DNA of 64,000 nt from Girardia tigrina (taxonomy: Eukaryota): contig MQRK01232195.1 of the NCBI GenBank assembly GCA_001938485.1, positions 1-64,000 of the forward strand. Direction: 5' to 3'. The position numbers and the translations under genes are program-made. Shown piece by piece: positions 40,298 to 53,229 of this stretch. The notes below the pieces were generated by a model. The model was not told the origin of the DNA. It did not search any database and saw only the letters and a program-made list of their open reading frames with translations. The first letter of the stretch is position 1; each line of letters starts with the position of its first letter.

Positions 40298-40965
40298 GTA
40301 GAAATAGATAAATAGAAATTATTTATCTATTTATCATAATAAATATAAATTGTATATAAATAATAAAAATAAAATTTAATATAAAGATAAACAAAAGAAA
40401 TAAAATAGAAGAAAGTTTATGACGGAAAAGAAAGCATTATATTTTAAAAGGTAAATAAAAATAAATTATATTTAAAGAAGACTATAAAAGGAAAGAGTTT
40501 TAAAAGAAAGTTCGACAAATAAGAACCTTAATTATATATTAAGCGTTAATTAAGAAGATCAAGATAAGCCTTTATCGAATTGATCTTAATTATTCCGAGA
40601 ATTTACCGATTTACATAATTGTGATCTCACGCAGAGATAATTTAATCTAGCAAGAATTATAAAAGGCGTTTGTATTAGAAGTTTGAAAACTTATGGCAGA
40701 ATCAGAAACAAATTGAATTCTATCAAAGTGCGAATTAATATAATTTATATATTTTCTTAATTATATTTTTATATATTTAAAATAATTCGAGTAAGAGAAT
40801 ACTCATCTCGTATTATCCAAAATCCAAAATCAGCTTATAGGATTTAAGTTTTGTTTTAAAATATTTTTGTAATTACTGTAATAAAATGAATAAATATTTA
40901 TAAAGAAATCTTTGATTTTTTACATTTCGTTTTACATTTTATTAAGTCACCTCGATACGCCAACA
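40297..40965 (+). mobile_element. Probable solo LTR, family 2
   Basis: Interrupts the mariner ORF; ends ...GCCAACA; similar to 1843-2665. Confidence 0.5.
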
Positions 40966-41395
40966 TATGTAACCACTCTCGACAGATTTTATTAAGCGCA
41001 GTACTCGACGCAACTCTCCATCTGACATCTACGAATAGTACCAGATTTCAAGTTACCTTCGGGTCTAAGCTGACACGAGTATTCCCCTGACAGTAGCAGC
41101 ATGGTCTATTGGGTATGATTCCTATTTAAAGTCTATTTACACGGAAGATCTCATTCAAGTTCACGCTCAAGGCAAATGAATGTTATGCCGTATAGGCACA
41201 CCATGCATGATGCATCGTCCTCGAGACATTCATTATAATCATAACGTTTATTTTACTTATACATATAACTGAAGTTGATTATTCGTACCAACTATGCTGT
41301 TCGGTTTCGTTAATATATTTTCGTTAAAATAAATTTGTTTAAATATTTTTTTTATAAAAGTAAAGAAAAAAAGGTAAATTTAATTTTAATATTAA

Positions 41396-41399
<4 letters not shown>

Positions 41400-41447
<48 letters not shown>

Positions 41448-41452
41448 GGAGA
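41400..41452. repeat. (TA)n(GA)n microsatellite
   Basis: Seen directly. Confidence 0.95.
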
Positions 41453-41649
41453 GTTCGAATTTGATTTGGAACTACAGAATCTGAAAGATGGAAACATAAT
41501 TTGTCGAAGAATTGAGTGAATTAAGAAAGTAAATAACGAATTATAAAAGAGGGGAAAGTTGTGATTATTAATTTGTTTAAGTATTCTAAAAAGATTGTAA
41601 ATATTAAATAAAATCTACTTGTTGATGTTATGAATCCTGAAGTGAAACC

Positions 41650-42611
41650 TGGAGATTTAACTATGCCAGATTACAATCCTTGTAATTAACCGAATATATC
41701 AAAACAGATTATCCAGTTTGACAACTGTTTGTTCGATAATTACAGAATGGGTGGGATTGTAACTTTCCTGTAATATCATCAAAAATTCCATCAAATTCTC
41801 TTTATTCTGGCTGATACTCCTCAGAAATCATAATTTTATCGTATATCTTGTTTCCCAATTTTACTGATTCACCTTTGCATTCACCGTCAGTATCCATTGT
41901 TCCCTTTCGCAATACTGATTCTCTCATTATTTATCCTACTTTTGCTGCTAACTTCAAATTAGAATCAATTTTTAGTTCTTTAGTTTGAAAAGCTGCTTCA
42001 CAAATTCCTTAGTAGTATTTCCACTGATCTTGGTATTGAATCAATTTTTATAATAGAAGTATTTCAGCTCTTCGAAATCCTGATCCGTGGTACAAGTGAT
42101 ACATAACATTTGTTTCTTCTTTGATTTGTAAAGGATAGGCTTCTGTACCTTCCGCAACATCCATTAATGAATATACTTTACCAAGCTCTGTTTACGAACA
42201 ATCATACGCAACAAGAGATGAAATTGGTACGATGCAGAAAAGAAAAATTTGAATTAGTGCTAACCACCACATTTTTGAATTCACTCTAGAGTGTTTTCCA
42301 TTATTAATTTCCTCATTCATTGTTTGTTCCTTGGTTAACACTTTCTTTCTCACTTTTTTATTCTTTTTAGGCACAATATCTATAAAATTAATACTTGTAT
42401 TTACCTCTGCATTATTTTGAAATATTAAATTATCATCCTTATCTTGTAATTCATTTTTAATTTCAACTTTTAAATTCTCTTTAAGTATACTAGTATTCAC
42501 ATTATCATTAAAATCTTCAACAAAATATACTGTTATTTTATTAATTTCACTTTCATGACATCCATAATCATATAAATTCTTGATCAAAGAGAAGTTGATA
42601 TAAGAAATCAA
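41650..42611 (-). pseudogene. Decayed chuvirus (Jingchuvirales)-like fusion glycoprotein / env-like gene
   Basis: Signal peptide MWWLALIQIFLFCIVPISS then LVAYDCS*TELGKVYSLMDVAE, CEAAF, GTMDTDGECKG, CNYRTNSCQTG, YKDC; several in-frame stops. Confidence 0.7.
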
Positions 42612-42619
42612 TGTGGTTT

Positions 42620-43140
42620 ACCAAGTAATTATGTTTTTGCTGTAAGAACTAAATTCGGTAAAAGATTAACAATAACTGTTTTATTAAATGATAGATATAT
42701 TACAGCTTTAGTTGATACTGGTTCAGCAGTCACAATTGTTGATGAAAAGATGCTTCTGGCATCTGAAAAATTAAATCTGGCACCTTGTATTGAAAGATTA
42801 CAATCAGTTACGGGTCATTATCTCGCTATTGAAGGAACTGTACCAGTGTCAATAAAAATTGGTGGCAAGACTATTACAACAAATGTATTAATTTCAAAAA
42901 GTTGCCCAGAATCATTACTGCTTGGTATGGATGTTTTGCAACAGTTAGAAGGTGTTTCTCTAGATTTAAAAAGCGGAAATTTGGTATCCATACCTGATGG
43001 AAAAATCTTACATAAAGTAACCGATGTGTTTATCAGCGAAAATTTATAAATTCCTTATCAAGCAGAATTAGTATATCATGCAGATGTAGTCAGTCACATC
43101 AAAGGAAATCTACTTTTTCAACCAAATGAAGAGTTTATAT
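42620..43140 (+). mobile_element. LTR-retrotransposon aspartic protease fragment
   Basis: ALVDTGSAVTIV...LLLGMDVL. Confidence 0.85.
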
Positions 43141-44137
43141 CAATTTTTAACAAATTTTTTAAGGTAAATTAAAACAATTATTTATTTTAGCCAAATATTA
43201 TATTGAATGTTAAGTCAATTAAGGTAGACTTTAAAATATTCTAATTAATTGAATATTAAGAATTTAATAATATTTGCTTTTAACTTTATTCATTTTACTG
43301 TTCGAAAATCGTAAAAATACATGATCATTTTGTAGTCTTAATATTTTTGAAGAATATATGTTACTTATTACTATTATATATTTTGTTTTAATGGACGGTC
43401 AGAAATTCGCGATTTCTTTCAAGGGGTTTTGTTTTAACAGTATAACGTTTTTGAAAAATCTCTTTTAACTTTTATATTTTGAAAAGGTGTAATGATAACT
43501 TATTGATATTAATATTATTATTGTTTAACTGTCGTCTAAATATCGATGACGATATTTTTTATTGGGGAGAGATTTGTTAGGATTTTGGAAAATGCATATG
43601 AACACTTCTTGATAAAATGTTATATAAGTAAAAATTTAAAATAATTCTTTTGGTAAAATTATTAATTTCAAACAAAATAATATTTAGTTTAACAAAACTT
43701 GGAATTAAAAATTATAAATGTTTGTTTTACTTCATCAAAAATTATAAATATTTTAGTCTTTGTTTTATCTCATCATTTTTCAAGAAATTTACTAAAAGAA
43801 GAAGTCTCTGTAACAAGTAACGTAAATACAAAATTTATTTTATTTTTATTTTATTCTTTTAAAATATTGTTAAACCATAAGTATCCTGTATGGGAGAAAA
43901 AAGTTTATTCTAAAAAGTACAATATCGTTCGTTTTGGGAGATTCACAGTCTTTACTGTAATCTGTTAACTCGCACGAAAGTATTGATTTGTGTTGGTATT
44001 CTGTCATCAAGAATTGAATTATTATTATTATTTTTGAATTGTTAATTTTTGTTATTTGAAATAAAGTTTTATAAAAGAATTTGTGTTCATTATTCATATA
44101 TTTATATTGGAAATCCTTTCTGATTAATGGGAGTCAG

Positions 44138-44240
44138 ATCAAAGATTAAAGATTTCAGATTAAAGATTACTGATTAAAGATTATTGATTAAAGAATAAAG
44201 AATAGAGATTTACGATTAAAGATTAAGATTTAAGATTTGT
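44138..44240 (+). repeat. Degenerate 7-bp minisatellite (GATTAAA)n
   Basis: Seen directly. Confidence 0.8.
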
Positions 44241-44709
44241 GTTTTAAAAGTAAATAATTATATTAAAGATAATTTAATACCAAACAAAGTGATTGATTAA
44301 TCCAGCGCGGCCGTCGAGTGTAGAGGTACGGCCTCCGTATTCGACCAATCGGAACCGTGTGAGCGCCATAATTTGATATCGATCAATCGAGTAGCAGAAA
44401 TCGACCGACAATAAATCGACAACGGTCGGTGGCGGCTTGTTGTTGACAATTTACGTTAAATAATGACGATAGCGCTTGATGGCATCGTAAGTAATGTTTT
44501 TTAAAGGTTAAATAAAGAACATAAGAAAAAAAACAAAAATTTCGAAATATCGCAAAAATTTATTGATTAATTAAAAAATGATATTTCAATGATATTATTT
44601 ACATTTATTTTTTTATATAGTAAGATATGTGATTTTTGATGTAAATAATAATATTAGTATTTTTATGATAATAACGATTTTTTTTATTGTTAGTTTTTTT
44701 ATTTAATTA

Positions 44710-47368
44710 AAAGTGGTCCCTACAAATGGTAATTATGGAAAAATTCAAAGACAACCCAAAGTCTGACAAATGTCATAAAATAAAGAAAACAGAAATGAAA
44801 AAATTAATAGTTTAACTTGAGCTGGTTTTTGAAGATATGTGCGAGGAATATATCAAATTCTGGGCCAATGATTTAGACTTCTGCTTTAAAATTTACCCAA
44901 GAAAAAGAAAGAATCAATTTTTTGCATCTAGTGGATGACTGGACAGTTTCAAAACATCACACAATATCAAAACGAAAACTATCTGCTGCGAATTCGCTGA
45001 TGTTGATGCAAATGTTGTTGCTAATTGGAAAAAGAAATTGGTGTAACTATGTACAGGATATGATAAGATAGACATTTATAATGCTGATGAAACGTCACTT
45101 GCGTGACGAATATTTTAAATTGTATGAATCTATTAATGCTGTATGTTGATTTGAATATTTTGAACCTAGAATGGTTATTCTCCTACGAGATGGAAATGTT
45201 TATTTATTATAATTACACTGATTGACAATTCGAACATAATTAAAATAATAATTTGATATTTTTAAAATTAACAATTAAAATGAAGTTTAATATTTTTTTA
45301 GAAAAACAAAAAGAAAAGCATTTAAATAGATTTAAATTAAATTCATTTTTAACAATTTAAAAAAAATTATTATTTTGAGTTTTTATAAAGAAATGGTTAA
45401 ACTTATTATTTTTAATTAATATTTTTAGAAATTAAATATTTTAAAAAGATTTAGAAAAATTGTTTGAATAAGCATGATTGAAAATAGAAAATAAAGAATC
45501 AATTATAGCAATATCAAACGGTGGAAAATCTTCCGAGAGCTTTGACGACTCTAAATGTGATAATAATAAAAATTCTAATAAAAACTGTCTCAACAACTTG
45601 TGTACTGAGTATTTTCATATAAAACAATTGCAGCAGCGGATGAAACTGTTATTTTTGTTGTGTGTAAGTAGCATTATTGCCACTTTCATTTTCACTAGAT
45701 TCAAGGTTCATAATTTAACACCAAAATTTTATTAATGACAATAATTCACATAATTAAACAAATTTCTTGTTAATTCATTTATTTCGCCAAAATCAATCTA
45801 TTAAATTTTTCTTTCTCTTCAATTTGTAAAATTTAATAAATTTTAAAACTTAAAATTAATAGAATTAATTTTTAAATTATAAATAAAACTTTTTATAAAA
45901 TTTTATCCTAAAACTAATTAATTTAAATTTATCCTGTCTTTTATTTAAAAAATTATTTTCTGATTTATTATAAAATTTAATCCGTTTTTATTTATTTTAA
46001 AATTCTTATTTCAAAACTTTTATTAAAATATAACAATTGTTTTTACTATTGTTTTTAATTGTTTTTACATTTTTAATTTTTAAATAAGTATTTAATTTTT
46101 GATGGTTTTCTTTATAAGATCATTTTTAATTTTAAAATATTTGAATTTATTTACTTTTTTTTAAACTTTCAAATTAAAAAAATAAGAAACTATTTGGCGA
46201 AATGCAAATTAAAATTAACTCCTCACAATGTTAATTTGCTAAGAGGGAAAATTTTAAACCACTATGATTGGGAAAGCTCAAGACCAAGATGTTTCGTGAA
46301 TATCAAGATTAAGAATTTTCTTGTCACCTGGAAACACAGCAAGAAGAGCTCTATAAAAATTGCAATATATTATACTTGGGTTAAGGTCTTCAATGATTAT
46401 ATTCTTAATATTCTTCCGTTCATTGGCAAATGTTTAACGCACCTAAGTTTGGTATTATCAAATGTCAAGATTACTTTTTGCCACCAAACATAACTCCTGA
46501 AATTCAACCGTTAGATCAAGGAGTTATTTGTTGATTGAAAAAAAGAATACCGCAAACTGTTCCTAAAGTCTATTGTAGTGTAAACTGGGAATCACAATTC
46601 AAGTATACAAATTGGTCAAAGCGATCTCCGTTTTGGATTCGTGTACTAGATTTCTGAAGCTTAGCAGAAAGGGAATCCTGGTAATATAAAAACACTTTAT
46701 GAAGTCCGCTTTTTCGGATCAAGAATTAAACTATGCACGCGAGTTGTAAGATGAAGAATCAAAGCAAGAAATCCTTGACACAACAGGGATTACTTTGGGA
46801 ATTCAATGTTTAGTGAATGACAATGATTTGATTGGATTTGACGATTATTCCGAATTTTTCGAGAATTGCAGTGAGGAAAATAGTTTTCAGTTGGTACTGG
46901 ATGAAATTCGGGTAATCTATAAAAGGTATTTCGGTTGAAGTAGCTTACAAGATTGAATCTTAGGTTGCAGGTGAGGCTAAAAGTGAAAAAGTGCCATCCA
47001 TAAATGAAGTTTTGGATATGATAAAGAAACTAAAATTTGTAGCCTTGCAGGAAAAATCCGAAGAGATAGGGTCCGGAAATGCTTAGGAAAGGAAAAACAA
47101 AAAGAAGCAAACTTTAATCACAAGCTAGTTAAAAAAAAGACTTATAAAACATAAATCGTACTGTTGACTGATGACGCTGATGTTGTTGGTTGACTCTTAA
47201 ACGTGAGAGATTGAAGATTAATAATAAATATATTTTTGTTCATACTTTGATCATATTTACAACTTTTAGTAGTTACAACGATGATTTGCGTGTCATATGT
47301 TTGGCACCCGTATAAGTAGGCCACCTTTTGACTCCACGACCGGTGTCAAACTTAGACAAGTAGCACTG
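44710..47368 (+). mobile_element. Tigger/pogo element, decayed, interrupted by a family-1 LTR (~45100-45590) and AT-rich DNA
   Basis: FASSG*LDSFK, IYNADETSL, IQPLDQGVI; 3' TIR ...CACTG|TA. Confidence 0.8.
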
Positions 47369-48852
47369 TAGTTTTACTTTCATTACAAAAACCTATTTTT
47401 CAAGTTTTTCGTGTGTTGAGTGTTTAATGTGTTTGTTAAAATAAATAAAGAACGCACAATAGTTTTTGTTTTATAAAATATATTTCTATATTACAATTTA
47501 ATTACAAAAATGATATTTGTATGTAAGGAGTGATATTTGGTTGGCCCCTGACCGATTTTATATTTATGGTCTGAGAGCCTTTAGCGACAACTCAGAAATG
47601 GCTAAATATTTTAAGGTTTAGTCTCACACTTTGCAGTGTGTTTATATAAAAGATATATACTTTTTAATAATAATTATTTTTAAATAACTTTTAATAATTG
47701 TTTTTAAATAATAATCGTTTTCTATTAATTACTTATTTCTTCTCTATGAGTTGATATAGATAGCACTATTACAGTGTGGTTTAATAATCTTCGTTTCTCT
47801 TTTCTATCCGAATTCGATCACTTAATTTATAGCGATACTTTATACTCCAGGAGGTGATCGTTTTTGAATAGTTAATATAGAATCAACGCTGGAGGTAGAT
47901 TTGTTTTCAGGTGGAACTTAGAAATCTTCAAACAAACTTTTAACTCTAATTAACTCCAATTTATAATGACCTTTTATACTGGTCATTTATTAATTAATTG
48001 ATTTTATTTTTTAATTTAAATTTATTATTTATTATTTTCTTTTAAATATTTATTTTTCTTATTCTTTTGTTTATTTAGACTTTTCTTAATATCTCGTTTA
48101 TTTATATAAAATATATAATTTAAAGGATTAAAATCATAAACATTTTCAGTTTATAAGAAATTTAAAAAATAATGGCAAAATTTTATAATTAAGAACGCCA
48201 TTAAAATCAAATTTTATTTTCAGTTTATGTTTTCAATTTCAAACAATTAAACAATTATCAAAATATTATTAAAATATAACTAAATACATATTATACATTT
48301 TAAAGTATTCCCTCAACACGTATATTAGAACTCTCAGATCTATTCAAGAGGACTTCTACGAATTTTTCAAATGGATAATACTCCTGTCATAATGCTTGCT
48401 TTGTTCAGCAATTTTTTTGTAACCAACAATGTTGAAACCATGAACTGACCAACTTAGAGGCCAAACCTGACTCTGATTTTAAGTGTGTGATCTGTTCTAA
48501 AACAGAATTTAGTCTTATCTTAATTAAATAAGTAAGAACTCTTTGAAACTGTGCAGTAAATTCGGAGAAATTCAGCTATACTAGTTAATGCTTATTTTAA
48601 AGTATATTAAACATGTTAGTGTCACCTCAATGCCAAAGGCAATTACCCCCAATTATGACTCCGATTATGGGTTAATTTATAATTAATTTTGTAAAATTAA
48701 AATTTTTAAATGAAATTTCAATTTCAAATTTTCATCAAACTTTTTAAAGTATATTTTCTTGTAAGATATATTTTTTTATATTCATCAGACTTGAATCGGC
48801 AGGAGACGAATAGAACTATACTCTTGTGAAATATTGCAACTATTTTTTACAG

Positions 48853-49457
48853 ATATTCTTGTCGACACACATCAGAAAAGCATTTTAATCACAGCTCTCA
48901 AGGAAAAAAATGAGACTCACAAATTAATTAGCTATGCTGGGAATCCCACAGGAAAATGGAAATTTTATAAGTTGGATGGTTCATCAATTTCTGGAAGATC
49001 TTTTAAATATCCTTACATTGACATATTCTTTTTCAGAAATCAAACTTCGAATCAGGTTTACGTAGAACTAGAGTCATACATTAAACTGAATGTTTCACTT
49101 TTATTTCCTATTATTAAAAGACTGTTTAATGGAATTCCTATCAATACACCTTGTAATGTCAATGAAACTTTAAGCACCATGTATGGTAATTTAGATTACT
49201 GCCAAAGTTCTACGTATGATCATGTTAGAGAAACATTAATATACCATAAAGCCCGAATTCCTTGCTATCTATTAGAACCATATTTCCCTTTTGTTAAAAG
49301 AGAAATTCAAAACAACACTGATAAAATTCTTATATCAGAAGTGCTCATAACAAATCAGACAATACGTCAATATGTGACATATCTGATACCCAAACAGTGT
49401 ACCGATCAACCTTCATTATTTAAATCTGAATTCCAATTACATATCATAAAGAAATGA
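48853..49457 (+). CDS. LicD/fukutin-related nucleotidyltransferase, exon 2
   Basis: ttttacag acceptor completes DDDIDILV; KYPYIDIFFF motif; TGA at 49455-57; AATAAA downstream. Confidence 0.9.
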
Positions 49458-49759
49458 ATTCGCTATATATTTTAATTTTTATAATTATTAGTTATTGTCT
49501 CTTTATGAAGTAAGGTTTATGTTGAATTATCGCATATTGTAATCTTAATGTACTTAGTGGTATAAAATAAAATTTCTAAATTATCAACATTTAAAAAGTG
49601 TCATTTGACATTATTTGTCATACTTGTCTCAAATTCAAATTCGCGTCTCCGGAATTCTAATTTGGATTTTTAGCAGCTTTTCTCATATAAAAATTAAGGC
49701 GCTATTGTATTAAGAGTTTTTAACCTATTAAATCTCTAAAAATATTGCAAACGCATTTT

Positions 49760-50460
49760 TTAAAGAAAAATAAAAAATTCTAAAATCTTTAAGATTAAAG
49801 TTTTTCATGCATCGGGGATTTTTGTGTTTTGCAATAGTAAGTGGTTCAATCTTTTAGCCTTCTAAACCACAACACTAAAAAGTATTTTTTTTCTGTTATT
49901 TGTTTGACTTTATTACAAGTGTTACTTTTTTCAACAAAAGATTTAAAAGATTTTTTATATAACACAGTTTCATAACAATTAAATATGTTATGTTTCCCAT
50001 ATTCTAAAACGTATTCATCATATACAGAGTAAAATTCCTCGAAACCGGATTTGTCTGCAGATTTAGTTTCCCCAAATCTGTTTTTGAACAACAAATTATG
50101 TCTTGATTTAAGTCTATCTAACCAACTGCCAGACACTCAAAAGTGTTTAATATACATATTTGAAGCCACTTTTTGAAATCATTTTAAGTACTGCTCCATT
50201 TACACAAAAATCATCTTCTTTTAATTTTACAAAAGTTCCATATACTAATTTATTAAAATCACTAAAATTGTTTGATGAATTATTATTTACCTCATTCTTC
50301 ATCATTAATATTTATTTTTCTGTTGTTTTCTAAGAGTGGAACAATATTTTTTTCGAATTCATGAAATATTTCATTTACTAGTTTGATATTTAATGCAAAA
50401 CTTCCTTTAATGACATCTTTCCTTCTTTGAGAAAATTTTCGATTTGTAACCTGCTTTCAT
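49760..50460 (-). mobile_element. Tigger/pogo transposase fragment
   Basis: SGSWLDRLKSRH, IFNCYETVLY. Confidence 0.75.
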
Positions 50461-51448
50461 AAGTGAGTTTCTTATGGTTATACAAAAATTCAGAAAAAAA
50501 TACCAAGAAACCTTATTTTTAATTTTCTAAAATAAATGTACGTGGAGAGGAGATAGACGCCACCAGGTTCCTTACACACTGAAACACTCAAAAATATGCA
50601 AAAACCAAGCCATAATGCTTGTGCATAATTGACTGCAACCATGGCCAAACGACTACGGTACCAAAAAAATAAATACCTCAAAGTGGGGTTCTTTAAAATC
50701 ATAAAATAGAATAGAAAAATCAACTTTTTTAATTTTTGTCCCAAAATAACGGGACAAATACTGTATTTTTATAACTTCATGAATTTTCGCTATTTTTTTG
50801 TAATAAATACATTTTTGTATTTATTATTGATAGTTTATTTGGTTAAATCTTTGTCATGGGCAATTCAAAAAAATTGTGATTTTGTGAACTCAGGGTATTT
50901 CACTCTTTTCCATAATTTTCCGGTGTTGAAAAACAACTTTTTGATGGTTTAAGATGTGGAAACGGCGCTCAGAAAACCATACTACTCAAATCAGACATCG
51001 GCACAATTTGGTCAATATTTTTCAAGCTGGGCCGATTATTTTGGAATTTCCCCATGATCCAACAGTTATACTGCACTGAAACACATCACCGGACCCGATC
51101 AGCAAACAGACGCCGTCAGACTGACACGGCGATCTCTTCGGGCACCAAGTCCCGGCACGTCTGAGAGGTAGCATCTCATATCTTTGTATTCATGTTTTGT
51201 TGCCGCATTTTATATTAATTGTTGCAAAATGGTTTACCTTTTGTTTTGATCAATCGGTAGCATATCTGGGCATTTGATGGTTCCTGTTCTGATACATCTT
51301 TTCAATTTAAAAAAGAGATCTCAATGAGATTGAGAAAAATAGTCAGTGTATGATATGATATGATCTGTATATTGTCATAATTTAGGAAATTATGATTTCC
51401 TGACTTTTTTCATGACATGATTTGGTTTCTGCACTGTACTCTGACATG

Positions 51449-51654
51449 CACTTCGGTCTTCAAGGATCTCACTTGAATAATTGTTACTACTACCAAGATC
51501 TGTACCCGTGGCCGCTCCACACCAACTCACGCTAATGCTTCTTTGCAACCACAGCACCCTCCTACACGACATCGTTTACTCGTTTTGTAAACTTACGATA
51601 TCGATCCGGTATAGGTCTTACGCTACAGCGCCATCCATTTTCAGAGCTTGTTGA

Positions 51655-51688
<34 letters not shown>

Positions 51689-51830
51689 ATGATGACTTCC
51701 ATGTCCACCGTCCTGCTGTCTTAATCAACCAACGACTTTTGTGGTTTCTTATGAGCGTAATGTTAGGCACCTTAACCGGATGTTTGGTTCATCCAACATC
51801 GCCAGTTCTGCTTACCAAAAATGGCCCACT
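51449..51830 (-). rRNA. 28S rRNA fragment (pseudogene, ~380 nt)
   Basis: Reverse complement contains conserved LSU tracts AGTGGGCCATTTTTGGTAAGCAGAACTGGCG, GACAGCAGGACGGTG and CTAAGGAGTGTGTAACAACTCACCTGCCG. Confidence 0.92.
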
Positions 51831-52277
51831 GACAAAAATGGCCCATAACAAAATTTATCAATAAAAATTTTCACTTCAATGTCGTTAGCACTGTGTAATG
51901 GGCAATTTTGAAAAGTTTCACATATTTTTATTAAAATTTGTTTTTACTAAATTAAATGCAATAGAATGTAGTGTATATTACCTTATGTATACTTGTATTT
52001 TATGTACATGTATGTATATAGGGTGAGGAATTATTGTTTATATAGTAAGTTGTGTTTAAATGAAATGGCATGTTATTAAAGGGATTTTAAAAATGAAGTA
52101 GTAGTTATTTTGGTACTTATTCCTAGATTTAGATATTTAATATAAAATTGGTAATTCAATGTCTATATTTTTTAATTAACATAAATTGACTGTAATATTG
52201 TAATACTGAAATGGATGTAATTAATTATATTATTGATTATTAAGTTAATAATTTCACAAAAATAAAGCATTATAGAA

Positions 52278-52882
52278 ATGATAAAAATTATTATAATAAT
52301 TTGTTTTCTTTCTACAGCATTTGGATTCAGTGACATTTCTTTCCTTGATGAATTATTCGGTAATTGGACCATCATTAGCTTATTTCAGATATATAATGAT
52401 ATTTGTTTATTTTTCCCTTATTAAGATGTCCCTCATTCTCCTGATCCTAACCCTCCACAAGTAAAGATGGACTGTTTCTCTGATACTTTTAATAGAATTG
52501 AATCAGGCTGTTACTATTGTGGGGTTAAGTTTGGTTCATGTGTATAAATATTAATAAACAATACGAATAGATTTATATGGAGTTTAACTTTATAAATGGA
52601 GGAATTATTCAAAAATTTCCCGTTTGTATCAATGATACGATTCGGAGACACCAAATTTTTATTATAAGATCTGAAGAATTTATTGGCATTTATTTTCGAT
52701 GTGACAACAGTCGTTGTAATTCAGATGGAAATTATATTCTAGATAGACTATCAAGAAGGTGTGAAATGACTGAAGGCTCTATATATTCCGATCTTTATTC
52801 AGGAACACCTAATAGAACCAGAATTCCTGCAATATTATTAATTATTTACACAACATTTTGTTTTATTTCATCATTGCAGTAA
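52278..52882 (+). CDS. Small secreted/GPI-anchored Ly6/uPAR (three-finger)-like protein; exons 52278-52359, 52426-52523, 52571-52882
   Basis: Signal peptide MIKIIIIICFLSTAFG; GT-AG introns of 66 and 47 nt keep frame; Cys pattern ending CDNSRCN; hydrophobic C-terminus; AATAAA after stop. Confidence 0.75.
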
Positions 52883-53229
52883 AAAAATATCCTTTTTAAT
52901 AAATGAAAGGAAATAGAATTTATTTTAAAAATTAAAATATTAGAGTAATTTATATTTGTGATATTGTTTTTTAAAATAGCGAATTATAAATAAAAAGAAT
53001 AATTATAAAGAAATGAATAACAAATTACCAGACGATAAACCGCACTCTTTCAAGACTTTAAAATTAAACATGCCCCTTCATCTTTCTTGTGTGTCTTTTG
53101 TATAAATTTTGTCGTCAAGTATGAAATTTGTAGAACTAAAGTCAAAGTTTTTTGATAATTTACAAATACAAATATTTATGTCCTTAATCAAAGTATTTAC
53201 CCATATTATAGACACACTTTTTAAATTTG

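Noticed and set aside
39105-49457. LicD gene as bacterial contamination or recent horizontal transfer
   Set aside because: It has a GT-AG intron, a type II TM anchor and host-like composition; LicD/fukutin-like proteins are widespread in animals.
51108-51125. Resemblance to a flatworm spliced-leader 5' end
   Set aside because: Only ~9 nt match; no terminal ATG/GT donor or Sm site.
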